This document shows positions 52,810 through 64,000 of a stretch of 64,000 bases of DNA, piece after piece (position 1 is the first letter of the stretch; each line of letters begins with the position of its first letter). Source of the DNA: Pecten maximus (lineage: Eukaryota); NCBI RefSeq assembly GCF_902652985.1, contig NC_047019.1:36270001-36334000 (forward strand). Direction: 5' to 3'. The notes under the pieces are model-generated. The model made no database searches. It worked only from the letters and a program-made list of their open reading frames with translations, and was not told the origin of the DNA. Both the position numbers and the translations under genes were made by a program.

Positions 52810-54540
52810 TATCAATAATTAATATTATTTAGAATTATTTGTGAAACTTTGGTAGATAAGTACCAAAATAGATATAAAACTATGTTTGTAAGCTAACCAG
52901 ACATTTCCAGATGTTCCTTGAAGCTGTAGTGTTATTGTGTGAAAGTGTGCCTGGTGCGTTGGTGTTGGTAGGATGCTGATATGCCGACTCCTTCCAGCAG
53001 TCACAGTTGAACTCTCCCAAAAAAGAAAGCATTAAATACATTGTAATTCACCTATTATTTGGTCTTTTGAAGTAGAAAATTTGAACTGACATATTGATCT
53101 TTACACATGGCCATGCATAATTGAAAAGGAAACATTTACTGTGATGAAAGTGATGTTGGCATTTATGGGTGTTACTATCAAACTTACAGAGTAGGAATAT
53201 TATGGGATGCATGGTCTGATTTGGGTGCCATTATGGCAGGAATGACAAGAGAAATTTCTGCCATCTAGGTCAACTGTCATGGGATTGTTGTGTTGGTATT
53301 CTTTGAAGTTCAACTCTAGGGTAGCTGTAGGGATCTAAAGAAGGTTGAAATAATGCATACATGTATTTCACCAGCGTCACAGAAAGTTATAGATGATGAA
53401 GAATCCTATTGAGCTATGGTACTGTTAAGTTGGCTTTGATGTGTTTTCACTGTAGTGAAGTTTAATAGCTGCTGGCAAGTTGATTACTGTTGATAAATTG
53501 GATGGAAATGTTGCCAGCCAGGAATCGGTCTTGAATCAGCCATGAATCAGCCACGCCAAGATTCAAACGTAAACAGCCTTCAATGCTGTTTCTAACTAAA
53601 AATCATAAATTGTCAAACCAAAATAATTGAATTTTTATCAGTTTGAAGTGATATGTGAAAATAATGGTGTAACTGTTATCATTCTTTGTGAAGGAGATGA
53701 AAACAGACACGGTACACTTTTTAAGAGTGTTGTGTTAATTTAGCTGTCAAATTTTGGTTGGTTGTCATGATCTTGTCCCTTTGTGTATAAAGAGACATGA
53801 CAAGCCTACTCCATTGAAATCTCGTACAGATCTGGTTCCTGTTGATAAAAAAAGAGTTAAGAGAAAAAATTAGGGGCATGTAAGTTGATGTCTTATTGAA
53901 AGAGCTTAATCACCCAGAATTAAACGGTAATTTTCGTGTCATCTTATTGGCGTTCAAGTGACATGTGTATAGGATAGCTACCACACAGTGAGAGCAATCT
54001 CACATTGTCAAACATGTCAGAAATCTTATTTTATTATTTACATCATTGTAATTGAGCAGAGGTTTTTTGTCGCGTGTAGGAGTAGATAATTAGAAAAGTT
54101 TGTATAATTGTGAAAAGATTTCATATCCATATTTTTATTTATGATCAAAGTAAAAAGTTTATTTATAATTGAATTTGATTGAAGCTATAGAAATATTGTT
54201 ATCTATTAAATAGTTTTAAATATGTGACTTCAATTAAATCTAGTCATATTACTGCATCTCAAGTGAATAAATCTAATTCAAGAAAACACAATTAGAATTC
54301 TTTATAATATAAGAAAGAAAAGATTAGAGAAAATGTGGGAATTTAAAGCATTTCTTATTAAAAAATAGTGAACAGTACACCATTCACTGTCTTGGGCACC
54401 TAACTAGGTTATCATATAACATACTTGATATACAATATGACCTATTGGTGAATGGGGTTACTACAGAAATATTTGTGATTTCTGAATGTGATCAGATATA
54501 ATTATGATGAAAACATTCAGATCTCACCATTTGAAAAACA

Positions 54541-55275
54541 CAATCTCACTAGTTAAAAATGACAATCTCACCAGTTAAAAATGACAATCTCACTAGTTAA
54601 AAATGACAATCTCACTAGTTAAAAATGACAATCTCACTAGTTAAAAAAGACAATCTCACCAGCACTAGTTAAAAAAGACAATCTCACCAGTTAAAAATGA
54701 CAATCTCACCAGTTAAAAATGACAATCTCACTAGTTAAAAATGACAATCTCACTAGTCAAAATGACAATCTCACTAGTTAAAAATGACAATCTCACTGGT
54801 TAAAAAAGACAATCTCACTAGTTAAAAATGACAATCTCACTAGTTAAAAATGACAATCTCACTGGTTAAAAATGACAATCTCACCAGTTAAAAATGACAA
54901 TCTCACCAGTTAAAAATGACAATCTCACTAGTCAAAATGACAATCTCACCAGTTAAAAATGACAATCTCACTAGTTAAAAATGACAATCTCACCAGTTAA
55001 AAATGACAATCTCACTAGTTAAAAATGACAATCTCACTGGTTAAAAATGACAATCTCACCAGTTAAAAATGACAATCTCACCAGTTAAAAATGACAATCT
55101 CACTAGTCAAAATGACAATCTCACCAGTTAAAAATGACAATCTCACTAGTAAAAAATGACAATCTCACTAGTTAAAAATGACAATCTCACCAGTTAAAAT
55201 GACAATCTCACCAGTTAAAAATGACAATCTCACCAGTTAAAAAAGACAATCTCACCAGTTAAAATGACAATCTCA
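54541..55275. repeat. 22-bp minisatellite, about 33 copies
   Basis: Unit caatctcac(t/c)agttaaaaatga. Confidence 0.95.
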
Positions 55276-55356
55276 AATGATGATTTCAGCAGTTAAAAAG
55301 GACAAATAACAATTGCACCAGTTTAATTGACAACTTGGACCATAAAAAAAGTAGTT

Positions 55357-57592
55357 GTCACCACATGGACAATAGATGTGACCACATGGACAATAGATGT
55401 GACCACATGGACAGTAGATATGACCACATGGACAGTAGATATAGACACATGGACAGTAGATGTGACCACATGGACAGTAGAGATGAATACATGGACAGTA
55501 GATGTGACCACATGGACAGTAGATATGACCACATGGACAGTAGATATAGACACATGGACAGTAGATATGACCACATGGACAGTAGATATAGACACATGGA
55601 CAGTAGATATAGACACATGGACAGTAGATATAGACACATGGACAGTAGATATAGACCACATGGACAGTAGATATAGACACATGGACAGTAGATATAGACA
55701 CATGGACAGTAGATGTGACAACATGGACAGTAGATATAGACACATGGACAGTAGATATAGACACATGGACAGTAGATGTGACCACATGGACAATAGATAT
55801 GACCACATGGACAGTAGATGTGACCACATGGACAGTAGATATAGACACATGGACAGTAGATGTGACCACATGGACAGATGTGACCACATGGACAGTAGAT
55901 ATAGACACATGGACAGTAGATATAGACACATGGACAGTAGATGTGACAACATGGACAGTAGATATGACCACATGGACAGTAGATGTGACACATGGACAGT
56001 AGATATGACCACATGGAAAGTAGATATGACCACATGGACAGTAGATATGACAACATGGACAGTAGATGTGACCACATGGACAGTAGATGTCACACATGGA
56101 CAGTAGATGTGACCGCATGGACAGTAGATATAGACACATGGACAGTAGATATAGACACATGGACAGTAGATATAGACACATGGACAGTAGATATGACCAC
56201 ATGGACAGTAGATATGACCACATGGACAGTAGATATGACCACATGGACAGTAGATATAGACACATGGACAGTAGATGTGACCACATGGACAGTAGATATA
56301 GACACACGGACAGTAGATATAGACACATGGACAGTAGATATAGACACATGGACAGTAGATATGACCACATGGACAGTAGATGTGACCACATGGACAGTAG
56401 ATATGACCACATGGACAGTAGATATGACCACATGGACAGTAGATATAGACACATGGACAGTAGATGTGACCACATGGACAGTAGATATAGACACATGGAC
56501 AGTAGATATAGACACATGGACAGTAGATATGACCACATGGACAGTAGATATAGACACATGAACAGTAGATATGACCACAGGGACAGTAGATATGACCACA
56601 TGGACAGTAGATGTGACCACATGGACAGTAGATATGACCACAGGGACAGTAGATATAGACACATGGACAGTAGATATGACCACAGGGACAGTAGATATGA
56701 CCACATGGACAGTAGATATAGACACATGGACAGTAGATATGACCACAGGGACAGTAGATATAGACACATGGACAGTAGATATGACCACAGGGACAGTAGA
56801 TATGACCACAGGGACAGTAGATATGACCACAGGGACAGTAGATATGACCACAGGGACAGTAGATATAGACACATGGACAGTAGATATGACCACAGGGACA
56901 GTAGATATGACCACAGGGACAGTAGATATGACCACAGGGACAGTAGATGTGACCACATGGACAGTAGATATGACCACAGGGACAGTAGATATAGACACAT
57001 GGACAGTAGATATGACCACAGGGACAGTAGATATAGACACATGGACAGTAGATATGACCACAGGGACAGTAGATATAGACACATGGACAGTAGATATGAC
57101 CACATGGACAGTAGATATGACCACATGGACAGTAGATATAGACACATGGACAGTAGATATGACCACATGGAAAGTAGATATAGACACATGGACAGTAGAT
57201 ATAGACACATGGACAGTAGATATAGACACATGGACAGTAGATACGACCACATGGACAGTAGATATGACCACATGGACAGTAGATATAGACACATGGACAG
57301 TATATATAGACACATGGACAGTAGATGTGACCACATGGACAGTAGATATAGACACATGGACAGTAGATATAGACACATGGACAGTAGATATAGACACATG
57401 GACAGTAGATATAGACACATGGACAGTAGATGTGACAACATGGACAGTAGATATAGACACATGGACAGTAGAGATGACCACATGGACAGTAGATATGGAC
57501 ACATGGACAGTAGATATGACCACATGGACAGTAGATATAGACACATGGACAGTAGATGTGACCATCTAGACAGTATATGTGACCACGTGGAC
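55357..57592. repeat. 21-bp minisatellite, about 2.2 kb and about 105 copies
   Basis: Interleaved variants gaccacatggacagtagatat, gacacatggacagtagatata and gaccacagggacagtagatat. Source of the 7-aa periodic ORFs, including the 773-aa one. Confidence 0.97.
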
Positions 57593-58269
57593 ATTATATA
57601 TTCTTTCTAATGGAAAAGAATACTTAATTATTCTTCCATTAGTAAAACAAACAATTCTGCCCATGTTATCAGTTCCAGACAAGTGTAATAACCCTATTTA
57701 TTAAAGTAATGGCAAAACGGCTGAAACTGTAGGTGTAACAAAGTATAAAGTCGATATCAGTCTATATACTGTGGAGGACTCCCCTGTGGGGCATATAGAC
57801 AAGAGCAGTAATGGTTTGTGATGATGGAACTAGTGATAGTGTTTTAATGTTAATGTATGTTAGAGGGCAGGTGAAATATTGATACTGTGTGTAGTGTATT
57901 ACAGTGTGTTACCATACCATTACAACACAGCTTATGTATGAATACCATCTATAGCCAGTGTTCCTACACCAGCTAGAGCCAATTCATCTACAATTGGAAA
58001 CATTTTACACAACTTCAGCAGTTTCTAAAGGACAAGATTCATTGAAACCTAATGTCCAATTATAGAGCAGCTTCAGAATTTCTGGAAATTTGTTTGTTAG
58101 GCGGTAGACAGAACTGTTAAGCAGACATACTGCCGTAGGATTGATTGTCAAGTATCCAATGAGACATCTACATCAGCTGTGATGACAGTCTGTGCTATCA
58201 TTTCTTCCGCTAGAGTTTGAGGCTGAAACAACAGCCAGTAGTCTTCTGATTGGTTAATCTGAATTGTAT

Positions 58270-58570
58270 GTTGACCTTGAAAAGTTGCTGTTACCCTGAC
58301 CTTGAGTGAAGTTACATCAATCTTACCGTGACCTTGATCAAAGATTTAACACTGTTACTGTGACCTTGAGCAAAGATTAAAACTGTTACTGTGATCTTGA
58401 ACAAAGGTCACTGTGACCTTGAGCCAAGGTTTAACACTGTTACTGTGACCTTGAGCCAAGGTTTATTACTGTCACTGTGATCTTGAGCCAAGGTTTATTA
58501 CTGTCACTGTGACCTTGAGCCAAGGTTTATTACTATCACTGTGACCTTGAGCCAAGGTTTAACACTGTTC
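58270..58570. repeat. 32-33-bp tandem repeat, about 9 copies, degenerate on the left
   Basis: Unit actgtgaccttgagccaaggtttattactgtc at 58442, 58474, 58506 and neighbours. Confidence 0.88.
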
Positions 58571-60756
58571 CATAAACTCTTCGAGATATCAAAGTTTTGA
58601 ATATTATGTCTTCTATGATGCACTTGATACCCCTTATCAGAATTTAAGTGAAAAGTCAATTAAGAAGTCTGAATTAGATCCTATAATGAAGGACTAAGAT
58701 AATCAAAATAATGTTGAAGCATAACAAAGAATATGATATAAACAAATGGTACACAATATAAAGTGATTACATGTATATGGTTTTTTTTACACGGTGACTT
58801 GTATCCTCATTCAGGTTTGATTTGGATGTCAATGACCAGATATCTGTGTACTTATAACTAGGATTTGGCAATGGTGTGGTAGCATTAGAATGAGGTTTGA
58901 TGCTTGAGGATATTATAAAACCAACTTCCCACATTCAAACACACTAGATGTCAAATTTGTAAAGTACATCTTTAGATTTTACAATTATTAAAAAAAAAAA
59001 TTTCAAGGAAAGATATACATTATCAGTACTCTACGTCTTGTCTTCAAAGTTACAAAAAGAATCTGATGAAAAGTTATACTAGTTTGAAGTATGCTGGAAT
59101 TGAGATACATACAGCATACAGCTGATCTTTTGCTGCCCGAGCTGGCGTGAAATTGGGAGTGTTTTAGAGGGACATGAGCCATCATCATCTACAACACTAC
59201 TGGATTGGATCATATCAATTTTTATCAGAGGGAAAGGCAGTGTGATTGATGTAACAGATAGTTCCTATTCAGTTCTGGCTCCTCGCCCATCCACTACTAG
59301 CTGTGGTAGCCATATGCTTTTACCGTCCAAATAAATGTTTTTATAGGGGAATTTCTGTGAAATTGAGGGATGATGATTGGCCTGTTATTAGCTTGTTATG
59401 TAATAATATCCCAGCACCATTCCTAACCTGTTGTCTTAATGAACATCTGGACAAAAGAATTAATAATCTGGCATTGCTTTACAATCAATAATCCAATCTT
59501 AAATCAACTACCCGTGTCCTTGTTATTTGAAGCATCTATAGTTACTATATCAGCATCATATGGATATTTACTAAATATCTTTACTTCAACAAAAAAGTGG
59601 GATTGAAATATTTTACCCAGAACTGAAAATTAATGCCTAGAGACAATCATAAAAGTTGTAATATATAGATATGTGTATATAAATGTAAAAAAATAATCAT
59701 CTGAAATGTTTGGAATGAATATAGGAATTTAGACATTGTGGAAATTCTATTTCATGCCTTGACAGTCAGGACTGCTACTCTGCATTACATGCCTGGCTAG
59801 ACAGAGAAACAGAATGATAGGCTGAATTCCATTGGTAGTAATTCCAGACTTAGTGATCATAGGGTACTGTTGACACCAGAGGTACTACAGTTGTTATTTA
59901 GATAAATAGGATGCTATGCTGAATTGACATGATTTAGAATGTTACACCACTAAACCCATACATATTGTGCAGAAATTTTCAATCTATATTTGTATTGCAA
60001 TATTGATTTTCAGCTTGCTGCATTATGCGGCAATCTAGGTCATTTATGATTAAAATTGGTGGCATATTCTGTCATTTTCTGCCTTGAGGATATATTTTTG
60101 CTGAACACATTAAACATAACATAATTTATTTCATCAACAATTAATTGGTAGATTGTAATTAAAGGGGGCTTTAAGAATGGACGTGACGGAACTGATGTGA
60201 ACATGGTAGTTTGCAGAAGTCAGGGTATTACATATTTTCACAAGCTACATATCTAACCAGAACTGGATTGTAAAGACCAGAAACCTTGTATAATCGTGTT
60301 CGGTCACATAAAACCTTAGACTTAATGTAAAATATTGATTTTGTCTTAAGAATACATTACCAATGACAGAGTACCATTCCATAGAATTTGGATCAAGTTT
60401 GATTTGCGTCTTGGGTACTTATGACAATTTTCTGATTTTGATCTTTCAAAGATGTTCAGCTGCTGTCCTGATTTGAGAAAGATTTTAAAATATTTTCTTT
60501 GCATTTATTGAATTTTGTAAACCTCATGCATAGAAGTGACCTTGGAATTGTTCAGTAGCCATGCTTACCAGACTGCATGAATTTCAGCAACAGAAACATT
60601 TAGTTTCCATGGTAAAGCTGAGAAAGACATGAAATCACTCAAAGTTGTACTTACTTGAGTGGTGTTTGACAGCCTAACTACATTGGGGCATGACAGAAGT
60701 ACATAACAGTTAATGTAAAAACCTACCCTTTCAGTGTATTAAAGGTAAAACCCTTT

Positions 60757-63700
60757 TCTATTGGTCCATGTTCTACAGAGTGTGTTACACCACCATCTAT
60801 TGGTCCATGTTCCACAGAATGTGTTAAACCACCATCTTTACACCACCATCTATTGGCCCATGTTCCAGAGTGTGTTACACCACCATCTATTGGCCCATGT
60901 TCCACAGTGTGTGTTACACCATCTATTGGCCCATGTTCCACAGAATGTGTTACACCACCATCTATTGGCCCATGTTCTACAGAGTGTGTTACACCATCTA
61001 TTGGCCCATGTTCCACAGAATGTGTTACACCACCATCTATTGGCCCATGTTCCACAGAGTGTTACATCATCTATTGGCCCATGTTCCACAGAATGTGTTA
61101 CACCACCATCTATTGGCCCATGTTCCACAGAGTGTGTTACACCACCATCTATTGGCCCATGTTCCACAGTGTGTGTTACACCACCATCTATTGGCCCATG
61201 TTCCACAGAATGTGTTACACCACCATCTATTGGCCCATGTTCCACAGAATGTGTTACACCATCTATTGGCCCATATTCCACAGAGTGTGTTACACCACCA
61301 TCTATTGGCCCATGTTCCACAGAGTGTGTAACACCATCTATTGGCCCATGTTCCACAGAGTGTGTTACACCACCATCTATTGGCCCATGTTCCACAGAGT
61401 GTGTTACACCACCATCTATTGGCCCATGTTCCACAGAGTGTGTTACACCATCTATTGGCCCATGTTCCACAGAGTGTGTTACACCACCATCTATTGGCCC
61501 ATGTTCCATAGAGTGTGTTACACCACCATCTGTTGGCCCATGTTCCACAGAATGTGTTACACCACCATCTGTTGGCCCATGTTCGACAGAGTGTGTTACA
61601 CCACCATCTATTGGCCCATGTTCCACAGTGTGTGTTACACCACCATCTATTGGCCCATGTTCCACAGAGTGTGTTACACCACCATCTATTGGCCCATGTT
61701 CCACATTGTGTTACATCACCATCTATTGGCCCATGTTCCACAGAATGTGTTACACCACCATCTATTGGCCCATGTTCCACAGTGTGTGTTACACCACCAT
61801 CTATTGGCCCATGTTCCACAGAGTGTGTTACACCACCATCTATTGGCCCATGTTCCACATTGTGTTACATCACCATCTATTGGCCCATGTTCCACAGAGT
61901 GTGTTACACCACCATCTATTGGCCCATGTTCCACAGAATGTGTTACACCACCATCTATTGGCCCATATTCTACAGAATGTGTTACACCACCATCTATTGG
62001 CCCATGTTCCACAGTGTGTTACACCATCTATTGGCCCATGTTCCACAGAATGTGTTTCACCATCTATTGGCCCATGTTCCACAGAATGTGTTACACCACC
62101 ATCTATTGGCCCATGTTCCACAGAGTGTGTTACACCATCTATTGGCCCATGTTCCACAGAATGTGTTACACCATCTATTGGCCCATGTTCCAGAGTGTGT
62201 TACACCATCTATTGGCCCATGTTCTACAGAGTGTTACATCACCATCTATTGGCCCATGTTCCACAGAGTGTGTTGCACCACCATCTATTGGCCCATGTTC
62301 CACAGAATGTGTTACACCATCTATTGGCCCATGTTCCACAGAATGTGTTACACCATCTATTAGCCCATGTTCCACAGAATGTGTTACACCACCTTCTATT
62401 GGCCCATGTTCCACAGAATGTGTTACACCACCATCTATTGGCCCATGTTCCACAGAGTGTGTTACACCATCTATTGGCCCATGTTCCACAGAATGTGTTA
62501 CACCACCATCTATTGGCCCATGTTCCACAGAATGTGTTACACCATCTATTGGCCCATGTTCCACAGAATGTGTTACACCATCTATTAGCCCATGTTCCAC
62601 AGAATGTGTTACACCACCATCTATTGGCCCATGTTCCACAGAATGTGTTACACCACCATCTATTGGCCCATGTTCCACAGAATGTGTTACACCATCTATT
62701 AGCCCATGTTCCACAGAATGTGTTACACCACCATCTATTGGCCCATGTTCCACAGAATGTGTTACACCACCATCTATTGGCCCATGTTCCACAGTGTGTG
62801 TTACACCACCATCTATTGGCCCATGTTCCACAGAGTGTGTTACACCACCATCTATTGGCCCATGTTCCACAGTGTGTGTTACACCACCATCTATTGGCCC
62901 ATGTTCCACAGAGTGTGTTACACCACCATCTATTGGCCCATGTTCCACATTGTGTTACATCACCATCTATTGGCCCATGTTCCACAGAATGTGTTACACC
63001 ACCATCTATTGGCCCATGTTCCACAGTGTGTGTTACACCACCATCTATTGGCCCATGTTCCACAGAGTGTGTTACACCACCATCTATTGGCCCATGTTCC
63101 ACAGAATGTGTTACACCACCATATATTGGCCCATGTTCCACAGAGTGTGTTACACCATCTATTGGCCCATGTTCCACAGAATGTGTTACACCACCATATA
63201 TTGGCCCATGTTCTACAGAGTGTGTTACACCATCTATTAGCCCATGTTCCACAGTGTGTTACACCACCATCTATTAGCCCATGTTCCACAGTGTGTTACA
63301 CCACCATCTATTAGCCCATGTTCCACAATGTGTTACACCACCATCTATTGGCCCATGTTCCACAGAGTGTGTTACACCACCATCTATTGGCCCATGTTCC
63401 ACAGAGAGTGTTACACCACCATCTATTGGCCCATGTTCCACAGAATGTGTTGCACCACCATCTATTGGCCCATGTTCCACAGAATGTGTTACACCACCAT
63501 CTATTGGCCCATGTTCCACAGTGTGTTACACCTCAAACTTTGGCCCATTATCAATATTGTGTGTAACACCTCCCTCTGTTGGCCTGTTTTCAACAGTTTT
63601 GTAGCACCTCCATCTATTGGCCCATTTTCCACCCACAGTGTATGTAACACCTCCATCTATTGGCCCATTTTCCACCCACAGTGTATGTGACACCTCCATC

Positions 63701-63830
63701 TATTGGCCCATTTTCCACCCAGTGTATGTGACACCTCCATCCATTGGCCCATTTTACTCAGGTGTTGTAACACCTCTGTTTATTGGCCCATTTTCGACCC
63801 ACAGTGTGTGTAAAACCTCCCTCTACTGAC
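60757..63830. repeat. 39/36-bp minisatellite, about 3 kb and about 80 copies, degenerate after 63520
   Basis: Unit tctattggcccatgttccacagagtgtgttacaccacca, with 36-bp (one cca less) and 37-bp variants. Source of the 838-aa and 795-aa ORFs. Confidence 0.97.
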
Positions 63831-64000
63831 TCTTACAATTTCCCTATGTTGGTCCACAGATTTGAATAACCTGTTGGAAAACTTTTTAATTACAACAAAA
63901 ATTATTTGAGTCTAGCTGGGGTAAAAATGTTGGTGTGAAAGTGTAAGATATTGTTTTATCAATTTAAGTACCCCATGTGGCAATAGCATCACTATGTTTT

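Noticed and set aside
55273-57610. 773-aa, 507-aa and 491-aa ORFs
   Set aside because: Products of a 21-bp minisatellite, open in most frames, with no splice signals or non-repetitive domain.
60723-63829. 838-aa and 795-aa His/Pro/Cys-rich ORFs
   Set aside because: Translations of a 39/36-bp minisatellite that switch peptide pattern at each indel.
1325-63830. CRISPR-like appearance of regularly spaced 30-50-bp repeats
   Set aside because: Units are head-to-tail with no unique spacers, there are no cas genes, and the context is eukaryotic and spliced.

Overview
AT-rich eukaryotic (animal) genomic DNA. The repeat families point to a bivalve mollusc, probably a scallop (inference). The only supportable protein-coding sequence is two + strand exons (32272-32519 and 51663-51786) separated by a 19.1-kb GT-AG intron. 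Spliced, they give a complete 8-cysteine SUEL/rhamnose-binding-lectin domain closely resembling the first SUEL domain of EVA1C / C. elegans EVA-1 (Slit/Netrin co-receptor family). The upstream and downstream exons were not found, so most of the window is probably intronic. Roughly 30% of the window is tandem repeat: about 20 arrays with units of 21-152 bp, the largest 4.9 kb. These arrays explain nearly all long ORFs in the ORF track. Interspersed elements include tRNA-derived SINEs (V-domain-like and Meta-domain-like, two families sharing one 3' tail), non-autonomous Helentron/HINE elements (one intact, carrying a 145-bp satellite), and an internally deleted pogo/Tigger-type DNA transposon that keeps a PCNA-binding PIP box. 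I found no convincing novel multi-gene system. The best leads are: a SINE being converted into two adjacent tandem arrays, an E-box flip and higher-order structure inside the 48-bp satellite, a recurrent (TC)AAGGTCA nuclear-receptor-type motif shared by unrelated repeats, and clustered CAGGTG/CAGGTA sites.
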